Source: Camelus ferus (taxonomy: Eukaryota). Taken from it: a stretch of DNA of 64,000 bases. Below, in pieces: positions 53,618 to 64,000 of the stretch. Position 1 is the first letter of the stretch. Every line of letters begins with the position of its first letter. The stretch lies in assembly GCF_009834535.1 (NCBI RefSeq), contig NC_045696.1, positions 58,530,001 through 58,594,000 on the forward strand, written 5' to 3'. A program made the translations under genes and the position numbers. The notes below the pieces were generated by a model. That model made no database searches. It was not told the DNA's origin and saw nothing but the letters and a program-made list of their open reading frames with translations.

Positions 53618-53652
53618 GGCGGCGGCTGCTGCTGCTGCTGCTGCTGCTGCTG
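53618..53652. repeat. (GGC)3(CTG)9 trinucleotide repeat
   Basis: Read directly from the sequence. Confidence 0.95.
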
Positions 53653-55327
53653 GGTTAGTGTCAGGAGGAGGAGGAGAGAACAGACAAAGCCTGCTTCTGA
53701 CTTTGGTTTGAAGGTGATCCTCCCACAGATCCCTCCTGGCAAGGTGTTTTCATCTCCTTTGTGTCTCTGCATTTGGCTCTAAAATCTTAAAATCCTAATT
53801 CAGTTTTTGTTTGTGCCATTCCTGTAGTCTGGCACTTGAAGACTGGATAAAGAGTTGCACAAATATTTAGAGTCAGGGAATGCCAGAAAGGAAGAAATCT
53901 TGAAGGTCAGCCATTCCAATGGCCTCACTTTTCTTTGTTCTTGTGTCTGTCTTGCGAAGCAGTGACCTCGCAGGTGGGAAGGAAAGATAGGCAAGAGGAC
54001 AGCAAATATATTTTTTCTTCCCAAGACAGAAAATAAACCACCAAAGGGTTTTTTTTCTTTAATCTGGAAGGAGAAGAAAAGCTGTAATACTATAGTAATT
54101 GGATCTCATTTCATCTATTGTCAGCCTTGAAGAATGGCAAGCCCTCTGTTCCTGCCAACATTGTCAGTACTCAGCCACGTGGGCACAGTGAACAGAAGTG
54201 GCCCTAGGCTAATGCCACAGCTTTTGTTACCAAGGATCTGAGCCACTGCAGGAGCTGGACCAGTCATTTGCCTCCTACGCCTGGGTGGGGAAGCACAGTG
54301 AGAAAATGTACATGAAAGATCTTTGGACACTGGGAAGTTCATCCAAATGAGGGGGCACGGTATCCTCTGGCCACCTGTCCCCTCGCCTCACCCCCAGCCC
54401 CACAGTTTACACTAGCACTTCCAACATTCCTCCTGACGCCCATGCTTCGTGCTGCTTACAACGGCCAGCATGGCCCAGCCATGTGACTCCTCCCTTCTGG
54501 AGATGATGACCTGTATAGTATTTGTCGTCTTCAGTGTGGAGTTTCGATCTAGACAAATTCATAAGCTGTGGGTTTGTATGATGTGCTTGTTCCTGCCAGT
54601 GCAGTTCTCTTGTGTACGTGGCAGCGAGAGTCTGTTCAGCACTACCTTTGAGTGTGTGTGTATATCCCGTGCCTAAGAATGCTTTCCTGTCCTGCAGCGA
54701 TGCCAGCTCAGCATCTCTTTCAGGCTCTGGGAAGCTCATTTTCCACTGATTAGCAACCCATGGCCAGATTGTAGCATTACAGAAACACCCAAGTTTTATC
54801 ATGTAAAGACTACAGCTGTGGGCATGATTTATCTATATACCATTCAGGTATTCGCTTTAGGAAAAGTTCTATAAATGTAATTTGAAAAGTCTTAATGTAA
54901 CATGACTACCTGGTGAACGCTTAGCTTCAGCTTCCTCAGCAGACCAAGGTTCACCTTGCCTTCTTGCTAACGTTGCTCCCCCTTCACCCTCAAGCAAGTC
55001 ATCCCCTGGTTGGATGAAGTCTCACCTTGCTTTCCGCAGCCTTTGCTGTCAGTGGGCATTAAAGTGGTGTTCAAAACTCACCCTACGTAACAGTGGCGTC
55101 TTTGCTAATTAACATTCTAGGTATGGATATGCTTTTGAAGAAAAGTGTAATTTCTGCTGGAGAAACAAACCTGTTCTCTGAGATTAGCTCAGTGGAGATG
55201 GGGATGGGAAGGGCTTATGAAGGTCTAAATTGTTGTTGTGGCATGCCCTGGGTGTGCGTGTGGCTGCATGTGTGGTTCCATGGGCCTATCTGAGGCTTTG
55301 TCTTCACTACCCACAGCAAGGTGGGAG

Positions 55328-55874
55328 TGTTACTGAGCCAGGAGCATCCTGCTGGATGTACAGCAAGCCAGAATGCTGTGATGCCGAAGCGGGCAGCAAA
55401 GAGAGGGTTTACTCGCAAGGCAGTCAAGCAAGGAGGCTGGAGAACAAATCTCAAACCCGCCTCCCCATGGGCAAGGGGACTCAGGATTTATGGAATAAAG
55501 AATAAAGAAGCAGGGCAGTCTGAGGTGTGGCGACTGAGGGGAAAGGTGATTGGAAAAAGGTGTGGTAATCAACGTTCTGTGCGTAACGGGGCCACAGGCC
55601 CCTGCATGTTCTGAGGGTGGGATTGTCACCCCTCTGAGGTCAGGGGGTCACTGAGAGGACATTTGCACATGCCCAGTTTAGGGGTTGGTGGTCCTATCCA
55701 GTCTTAGCCAGCTTAACTTGAACTAGACAAAGCTGACTCTTAGCTAAGCTGAACTAGATGAAGCTGCAAACATCTTATTGTTTAGGCTACGTGCCCCTTG
55801 GAGGACATGCAAGTCTTACAACAACCTTGATTGGTGAAATGGATTAGGTGAAATGGATTTAACCCATGGTTTCA
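55328..55874 (-). mobile_element. 3' LTR of host class-I ERV
   Basis: TG...CA termini (tgttactg...ggtttca). The adjacent minus-strand purine-rich tract aaaagctagagggaac is PPT-like. No TSD on the inner side. Confidence 0.72.
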
Positions 55875-55921
55875 GTTCCCTCTAGCTTTTGCTCATTTGC
55901 CAGTCTTGAGGGAAGAGGGGC

Positions 55922-56680
55922 TGTTAGCAAACAGGACTTGGGTCTGATCACCTGCTGCACAGCAAAGTCAATCTGATGACACCTGGTTGTGCGGAAAGAA
56001 AGTACAGCACTTATTACAGGGCATCAAGCAAAGAGAACAGGCAGCTCGTGCTCAAAAGACCCAAACTCCCTGATGGTTTTCAGGGAAGGGTTTTTAAAGA
56101 CAATATTTGGGATAGGGGTTGCAACTCATGGACTTTCCTCTGATTGGTTGGTAGTGAGGTAACAGAATGATGTTTTGGGAATCTTAATCATCAATTTTCT
56201 GGTTGCAGGCAATCTGGGGTCTGGTGCTTGTGGTCAGCATGTAGTCACCATCCTCCATCTAGTTTTGAGGGGGGATCTTAGTTTCTGCAGAACTCAAAGG
56301 TATGTGTCAGGTTGTCATGTATATCCCTTGAGGAGAAACTAGAACTGTTTTAAGCTGTCATGACTTTTCTTTCTTAACTGCTTTTCCTTTGTTCTGCATT
56401 CCCTCACTTCCCTAATTAGTAACAGCTTGAATTTACTCTTTGGAACTCAAGGAAGGCCTGGGAGACTAAAGCCTTTTTCCTACAAAGAAGAAACAGGGGA
56501 CATAGATGGGCTTTTGTACCCAAGAGGGCCCTGCAAGGTCCTGCTCAGTTTCAGTGCCCCCTTTGATACTCCTCAGTCCTGAGGGAAACAAGTGCGGGAC
56601 AAGAAAGGGAAAAGAGACTTGAACAGAGAGTTAATCATAAACTTGGCAAGGGAGCTTGGTTTTAGGGGGGGCCAGTTTCA
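55922..56680 (-). mobile_element. Solo ERV1-class LTR
   Basis: tgttagca...cagtttca termini. 4-bp TSD gggc at 55918-55921 and 56681-56684. Confidence 0.82.
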
Positions 56681-58124
56681 GGGCAATAACTGTTCTGGCT
56701 ACTTCTTGCTGATAAGGGGCATAGGGTAGACCTAACTAGGGCTTGAAGAATGAAATTGGTTAGCACTTATTTGAAAGTATTCTCTTGTTCCTGGTTTCAA
56801 GTTAACATTTTGATCCTGTTGACTGAATAAAAACACACAACCTAAAAGTTGCAAGTTAGGTTTTATTTGGGGACCTTACTGAGAACTATAGCCCAAGAGT
56901 CAGCCTCTCAGATAACGTCTGAGTAAACCTCTCAGAAGAGGTAAGGGAGGAGCCAGGTTATATTGGAGATTTTTGCTGAAAAAAGTTTAGTCAAACATCA
57001 AAATATTACTGCTAATCACAGAAAATAGACATTTCAAGTTAATAATTTTAGTGCTTTTCTTTGTACAGGAAAATGCAAAAGTCTGGGCTGATTGAAATTA
57101 CTCCTTAGATATGCATCTCAACTAGGGGCCAGTATCTGAAGCACAGAATGCTTGTTTTTCACCTTAATCATTTCCCTTCAGGTGTACCATCAGGGGGCAG
57201 TTGCGGTGGCTGGTGGCTTGATCCTTGTGGAACTGGAATAGCAGGCAGCATTTCCTTTCTACAGGGCCCCCTCTTGGTAGTAAATTCGACCAAGTTTTGG
57301 GAGGCAGTCTATGGCTGAATTTATCCCATGGTGCTAGGAATTCTCTATCCTAGGTCACATGAGGATTTTGTTGGTAGACCACTCAATGTGGTTTTTTTTG
57401 TTTTGTTTTTTGTTTTGATTAGGCCTTGTTGATAACCTAACATTCTTTGGGTTGTCTGTTTTACTAGTCTATTATGATCCAGGACATGTTTTCTTATTTC
57501 TTTCCATATCTAGAGTTGCACTATTACAATTATTTTATAGAGTTATATATATAACCAATTGTCTTAAGATTTTAGCCATAATTAATTTGTCAGAGGCCTT
57601 GTTACACATTGAGTAATGTAAGAGACAACAATCTTATAAAATAGACAGGATATAAGTAATATAGCTAATAACATTAATAAAGTCATAGTACAGCAGAGAA
57701 AGATGAAACATACTGATCATAATTAATTTTCACATTGTTTATAACTAGTTGTAATTTGGTCACTATAAACCATCAAGTCCAGAGGGGAGCCAGCTGGAGA
57801 AGCCAAGTTCTGGAGGGACTGGGTAGAGAGAAAAAGACATATGTTTCATCTTTACTTATAAGTTCATCAACTTGTCATAGTTTAGTGTAAGAAGAAAGGT
57901 TTTCTGTAAAGCAAAGAATAAACCCAGTAATATATCAGACAAAAATCATAAAATTATAAATCATTTTTATTATTGAGTCCCATGTAAGTGATTCCTGTGA
58001 TTTGGATGAAGCCAGTGGGTTTCCCATCAGTTTTGTAATTTCTTACCTAGTTCAGTGGTATGATCTAAAAGTCATCAGAAACCTTTTCAATAAGTCCTTC
58101 TTATGAATCTTTTAAAAAAATTTA

Positions 58125-58855
58125 TATATATAAATTTTTTTATTGAAGTATATATTCAGTTTACAATGTTGTGTCAATTTCTGGTGTACAGCACTTCAGT
58201 CATATAGGAACATACATATATTCATTTTCATATTCTTTTTCACCATATATTTTGCACCAAGATATTGAATATGGTTTCCTGTGCCATACATTATAAACTT
58301 GTTGTTTATCTATTTTATATATATTAGTATCTGCAAATCTCAAACTCCCAATTTATCCCTTCCCACCCCCTTCCCCACCTGGTAACCACAAGTTTGTTTT
58401 CTATGTCTGTGAGTCTGTTTCTGTTTTGTAAATAAGTTCTTTTTTTTTTTTTCAAGATTCCACATATACGTAATATCATATGGTATTCTTCTTTCTCTTT
58501 CTGGCTTACTTCACTTAGAATGACATTCTCCAGGTTCCATCCATGTTGCTGCAAATGACATTATTTTATTTTCTTTATAGCTGAGTAGTATTCCATTGTA
58601 TAAATATACCACAACTTCTTTATCTGATGAACATTTAGGTTGTTTCCATGTCATCGCTGTTGTAAATAGTGCTGCTGTAAACATTAGGGTGCATGTGTCT
58701 TTTTGAATTAAGTTTCCCTCTGGATATATGCCCAGGAGTGAGATTGCTGGATCATATGGTAAGTCTGTTTTTTGTTTTAAGGAATCTCCATACTGTTTTC
58801 CATGATGGCTGCACCAAACTACATTCCCACCAACAGTATAAGAGTGTTCCCTTTT
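58125..58855 (-). mobile_element. Relatively young 5'-truncated L1 nested in the provirus
   Basis: Poly-T plus attgaagtata terminus. ORF2 C-terminal-like [14 protein letters not shown]...FAATWM in the ORF at 58511-58885. Confidence 0.88.
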
Positions 58856-59104
58856 GAAGAAAATATTTTTAAGCAGACATACCATAAAACATAATTTTTA
58901 GAGTTCACCTAAAAGCTCTTCCCCATTTATGTCTATTGAATTACAATTATGTATAGATTACCCATGAAAACTTTACGAGACATTAGATCAAGTTAGCCAT
59001 AATTCCAAACTATTATTTTGGTGGATAAATTCGTATTATCTCTGTCATGAAGTTTATTTGACTTTTAGCAAACCTAAGTACAATAAAAGTAAGACATGTC
59101 TGTA

Positions 59105-62100
59105 TTTTTTGAGATATAGTTGATTTACAATTTTATGTTAGTTTCAGATATACAACATAATGTTTCAAATTCTTATAGAATATACTCCATTTATAGTTAT
59201 TATAAAATATTGGTTATTCCCTGTGCTGTAAGATATATCCTTGTAGCTTATTTTATACATAGTAATTTGAACCTCTTAAACCTCTACCCATATCTTGCTC
59301 CATGTCCCTTCCCTCTCCCCACTGGTAACCATTAGTTTGTTCTGTGAGTCTTTTTCTTTTTTGTTATATTCACTTGTTTTATTTTTTAGATTCCACATGT
59401 AAGTGATATCATATTGTATTTGTAGGTTCACCCATGTTGTAGCAAATGGCAAAATTTCCTTTTTTACAGATGACTAATATTCCTTTATATGTATATGTAC
59501 CACATATTCTTTATCCTTTGGTCTGTTGATGGGCGCTTAGGTTGCTTCCATATCTTGGCTATTGTCAAAAATGCTGCTGTGAAAATGGGGTGCATGTATC
59601 TTTTCCAACTAGCGTTTGTCTTCTTCGGATATATACCCAAGAGTGGAATTGCTGGATCCTATGATAGTTCTACTTTTAGTTTTTTAAGGAACCTTCATAC
59701 TCTTTCCCATAGTGGCTGCACCAATTTACATTCCCACCAACAGTGTACTAAGGTTCCCTTTTCTCCATATCCTTGCCAACATTTGTTATTTGTAGACTTT
59801 TTGATGATAGCCATTCTGACAGGTGGCTATATCTCATTGTGGTTTTGATTTGCATTTCTCTAATGATTAGCAGTGTTAAGCATCTTTTCATGTGCCTGTT
59901 GTCCATCTGTGTGTCCTCTTTGGAAAAATGTCTGTTCAAGTCTTCTGCTCATTTTTTGATTGAGATTTTTGTTTGCTAGTATTTTCTTTAGGATTTTTGC
60001 ATGTATGATCAGCGACATTAGCCTGTAATTTTCTTTTTTTGTGATATCTTCGTTTTTGGTATCAGGGTGATCCTGGCCTCATGGAATGAGTTTGGAAGCA
60101 TTCCATCCTCTGCAATTTTCTGGAGTAGTTTGAGGAGGATAGGTGTTAACTCCTCTCTAAATGTTTGATAGAATTCACCTGTAAAGCCATTTGGTCCTGG
60201 ATTTTTGTTGGGATTTTAAAATTACTGATTCAATTTCATTACTGGTAATTGGTCAGTTTATATTTTCTACTTCTTTCTTGTCCAGTCTTCGGAGAATTTG
60301 TCCATTTCTTTTAGGTTGTTTATTTTACTGGCATATAGTTGTTTGTAATAATCTCTTATGATCCTTTTTCTTTTGATTGTAACTTTCTTACTTCTGATTT
60401 TATTGATTTGAGCCCTCTTTTTCTTGATGTCTCACTAAAGGTTTGTCAGTTTGGTTCATCTTTTTAAAGAACCAGCTCTAATTTTATCTATCTTTTTCTA
60501 GTCTCTATTTTATTGATTTCTGCTCTGATCTTTATGCCTTCTTTCCTTGTTTGTTCTTTTTCTAGTTCCTTTAGGTGTAAGGTTAGGTGGTTTGAGATTT
60601 TAATTTCCTGAGGTAAGCTTGTATTGCTATTAGAGCTGCTTATGCTGTATCCCATAGATTTCGGATCATTGTGTTTTTGTTGTCATTTGTCTCCAGATTT
60701 TTATTTCTTCAGTGATCCATTGGTTATTTAGTAGCATATTGTTAGCCTCCATGGTTTTTTTGTTTGTTTTTTTCCCTTGTAGTTGATTTCTACTCTCTGT
60801 GTTTTGGTTGGAGAAGATGCTTGATATGACTTCAATTTTCTTAAATTTACTAAACCATTTTTTGTGGCCTAGCATGTGATCCTGGAAAATGTTCCATGTG
60901 CACTTGAAAATAACATGTATTCTGCTGCTTTTGGGCGGAATAATCTATATGTACCTATTAAGTCCATATGGTTTTAATATGTCATTTAAGGCCAGTGTTT
61001 CCTTGATTTTCTGTCTAGATGATCTGTCCATTGATGTAGGGTGTTGGTGGGGATATGTTTGAATCACCTACTCTTATTGTGTTACTGTCAAACTTTCCCT
61101 TTATGTCTGTTATTTGCTTTGTGTATTTAGATGCTCCCAAGTTGGATGTCTATATATTTGCAATTGCTATGTCTTCTGACATTGACCCCTTGATCATTAG
61201 GTAATGTCCTTTGCCTCTTGGTACAGTGTTTAAAATCTGTTTTGTCTTTTTGTATGGAATATCTTTTTTCATCCCCTCACTTTCAATCTATGTCTTTAGA
61301 GCTGAGGGTTTTTTAGACAATATACGTACTGGGCTTGTTTTATATCCATTGAGCCACTATCTTTTTGTTAGATAGAAATTAAAAATGCTCCAGTGTGATC
61401 ATTGATAGGTATGTGCTTACCATTTTATTGCTTTTATTGTTTTTTGTTCTCTTTATGATTTAATGACTATCTTTGATACTATGTTTGGATTCCTTTCTGT
61501 CATGTTTGTGTATCTATTATAGATTTTGATTTGTGGTTACCATGAAGTTTATATATAGCAATCCATATATATGTGATTACTAATTTTGGTACATTTTACA
61601 TCTAATTGTTTTGTGTATCTCTTAACTGCTTATTGTGGATGTAGATTTTACTGCTTTTGTCTTTTAATCTTCCTACTAGCTTTTTGCATGGTTGATTTAC
61701 TGCCTTTACTGATAAGCTTTTTTCCTTTTGTAGTTTTCATATTTCTAGTTGTGGCCTTTCCTTATTTTTTACTTACAGAGTCCCTTTAACATTTTTTGTA
61801 AAGCTTGTTTGGTGGTGGTGAACTCTTTTAGCTTTTGATCTCTCCATCACATCTGAATGATAGCCTGGCCCAGTAGAGTATTCTTGGTTGTAGGCTTTCC
61901 CCGTTTCTGCTGGAAAGTCAACTATTAGCTCTTGTATATATAACTTGTTGCTTTTCCTATGCTGCTTTTATTTATTTAATTGAGGTAAAGTTGATCTATA
62001 ATATTATATAAGTTGCAGGTATATATAATGGCGATACACAACTTTTAAAGGTTATATACTCCATTTGTAGTTACTATAAAATTTGGCTATATTTCCTATG

Positions 62101-62190
62101 CTATATACAATATATATCCTTGTTGCTTATTTTATGCATAGTACTCTGAACCTCTTTACCCCCTATCCCCATATCTTGCCCCTAACCCTC
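59105..62190 (-). mobile_element. L1 mosaic nested in the provirus (3' end, ORF2 and ORF1 pieces with internal deletion, second 3' end at about 61965-62190)
   Basis: MNRHFSKED...MQIKTTMRY in the ORF at 59748-59939. LGHK...KFKKIE.ISSIFS endonuclease motif in the ORF at 60666-60875. Confidence 0.85.
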
Positions 62191-62256
62191 ACCAAACAAA
62201 AATCTTCCCCATGTCTTTGAACTGGAGGGCCAGTTTCCTGTTATACACCTTACAAC

Positions 62257-62631
62257 TGTCATAGTATATACAATGTGAGAGATGTGAGTGAGTTTTACAT
62301 GGGGCAAAGTGAGGACTATAGCTCAGGAGGCAGGATTTCAGAGAGCTCTGAGAAACTGCTCTGAAGAGCTCGGGGGGAAGGTCAGTATAACATATGATTT
62401 TAGTGCTTTTCTAGGTATAAGAAAATAGAAGAATTTGGACTCATAATAAAATTTTCTCCAAGAAATATCTAACTATGTGAAAGCCTGTTTGGCCAGTTTC
62501 TCCCAAAGCACAGAGTGCCTCATTCCTGATCTCCATCTGAACTCTTCAGGGTGTGTTGAAGGTCAGTGGCTGCAGCTTGTGATTTAAGTTACAGGTGGAG
62601 GCATAGGACGAGTGCCAATTTTTAATTGGCG
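62257..62631 (-). mobile_element. Related solo LTR nested in the provirus
   Basis: Shares gaggactatagc...cagagagctctgag...ctgctc.gaagag with the flanking LTRs. Degenerate TSD caac / cacc. Confidence 0.68.
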
Positions 62632-62796
62632 CACCATCAAATAAAACTCAGGCTCTACCAATGATTGGGATGTCTGAGAAACAGGAGAGGCTTATGGAAA
62701 TTCATCTGGACTCTGAGGAGGTGGACAGTGGACACACTGGTGGCACCAAGTCTCCAAATCCTAGTAGTGTTCAGGCGAAGATGAAGTCTGCTGTAG

Positions 62797-62814
62797 GTCC
62801 CTTCATGATCACCA
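62797..62814 (-). promoter_or_regulatory. Retroviral primer-binding site, tRNA-Arg type
   Basis: Plus strand gtcccttcatgatcacca against the recalled tRNA-Arg(TCG) 3' end GTCCCTTCGTGGTCGCCA gives 15/18, all mismatches G>A. It lies 4 nt from the 5' LTR. Confidence 0.8.
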
Positions 62815-63272
62815 AAACTGTTGACTGAAGAAAACACACAAAAGCTGAAAGTTACAAGTTTTACTTGGGGGCCTTACTGAGGAATATAAACCCGGGAGAC
62901 AGCCTCTCAGATAGCTCTGAGGAACTGCTCAGAAGAGGTAAGGGAAGAGCCAGGATATGAGTTTTTTTTTTTTTTTTCTCCCTGAAAGAGAAAAAAATGT
63001 AATTGATAAAAAAAAAAATTACTGCTTATCACAAAAAACAGATCAAGTTAATGATTTTAGTATGTTTCTATGTCTAGGAAGAGTATGGGCTCCTTGAAAT
63101 TATTCCTTAGGTATGAATCTTAACTACGTAGGGCCAATATCCAAAGCAAGAAATGCTTTCTATTTTTCTCCATACTGAATTCTCTTCAGGATGTACCATG
63201 GGCAGGTGGTGGCTACAGTGGCTGGTGGCTTGTAGGACTGGAATGGCAAGCAACATTTCTTTTCCACAATCC

Positions 63273-63900
63273 TCTTAAATACTACCTATGTGCCAGCTGT
63301 CAAGGTATTCATAGGCCCACAACTGGTAATCAAAATTGCAAACAAAAAAATGTACCCTTGAGGGGGCACACCAAATGCTAAACATTGTTGAACTTTAGGA
63401 CACAGTTAAGCCAGCGATCACTGTCTCATCTTTACATACTGGAGTCTCAATCATTATCAGTGTGGCTGAAACACTTAGGTATTAAATATGGAAGGGATAT
63501 AGGCTAGGAAAAATAAGTACTGTTTTTTACAATATCCTGACCAAGTAGAAGTTTGACAAGAGTAAACACCAGTGTCTACTTTCTTTTTACACAAAGAGAG
63601 CACCAAATTTTGACTTAGTAAAGAAAAAAAAAAGAAAAAAAAAAAAAAACGCAGAGGGGTGGGTGATGGCAGGAAATTCTGTTGATTCACCTAACTTGGG
63701 ATGTTACATTAGAGGGCTTTTTATCTTAAGTCACAGTGACTTTAGAGATGGTTGTAAAAATTGATGAAAGACACAACCAAGGGGTCAGCATGGTCAAATA
63801 CAGAAAATGATTTTGGATGACATATCTAACCACTAGAGAGATTATCTGGTTTTGCTAAAGTCTGAGAAATCCTGATTATTGAATTGTCCTTCCAAGCCTG
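63273..63900 (-). pseudogene. Decayed gamma-type env (SU) of the host ERV
   Basis: The minus strand reads WKDNSIIRISQTLAKPDNLSSG*ICHPK (degenerate CWIC at 63820-63831), then CAP/PQGYIFL and WAY (63311-63370). RNKR furin-like site at 56781-56792 on the far side of the inserted provirus. Confidence 0.7.
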
Positions 63901-64000
63901 GGAAGTTAGGTTATAAGTTATTTAATTTGCCTTTTGAAGAGTTTTACTTTACCACAGTCAACCATTGCAGCAATTCTGTTCACCCCAATTTCTTTCTCAT

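Larger units (their letters stand above)
56817..63268 (-). mobile_element. Two-LTR ERV1-class provirus (non-autonomous or decayed)
   Basis: Homologous LTRs at 56817-57263 and 62819-63268. TSD atcc at 56813-56816 and 63269-63272. PBS at 62797-62814. PPT ccaagaggggg(ccc) at 57264-57277 on the minus strand. Confidence 0.88.

Noticed and set aside
53501..53782. Poly-Cys and poly-Gln ORFs on opposite strands
   Set aside because: Both arise from the CTG/CAG microsatellite. There is no splice structure or recognisable protein.
54407..54802. Longest ORF in the track (131 aa, minus strand)
   Set aside because: No recognisable domain or homology, and its length is compatible with chance in 64 kb.
48500..64000. 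3' exons of a neighbouring gene (ADCY5 follows SEC22A in human, from recall)
   Set aside because: I recognised no adenylate cyclase coding sequence on either strand. If synteny holds, it lies beyond the window.
1..64000. CRISPR array, operon or other prokaryotic-type system
   Set aside because: The sequence is spliced mammalian DNA, with no repeat-spacer arrays or long ORFs.

Overview
Mammalian genomic DNA, AT-rich and repeat-dense. It is most likely camelid, inferred from three Vic-1-like tRNA-derived SINEs. The window holds the 3' five coding exons of SEC22A on the + strand (8931-9094, 10246-10440, 27203-27319, 39039-39104, 46122-46322); the ATG exon lies upstream. Read with canonical splice sites, the third of these exons has one extra A (27218-27220), which frameshifts to a stop at 27256-27258 before any transmembrane segment. 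The introns contain a U6 snRNA retrocopy with target-site duplication (TSD), L1, L2, MIR and CR1 fragments, MER58A transposons, an ERVL pol remnant and a MER76-like LTR. Downstream (55.3-64 kb) is a nest of class-I endogenous retroviruses. A host provirus with a decayed gamma-type env is interrupted by a solo LTR (TSD GGGC) and by a complete two-LTR provirus (TSD ATCC, tRNA-Arg primer-binding site, polypurine tract). That provirus in turn carries L1s and another solo LTR. I found no convincing evidence of a new biological system. Repeat family names are from recall of consensus sequences, and many repeat boundaries are approximate.
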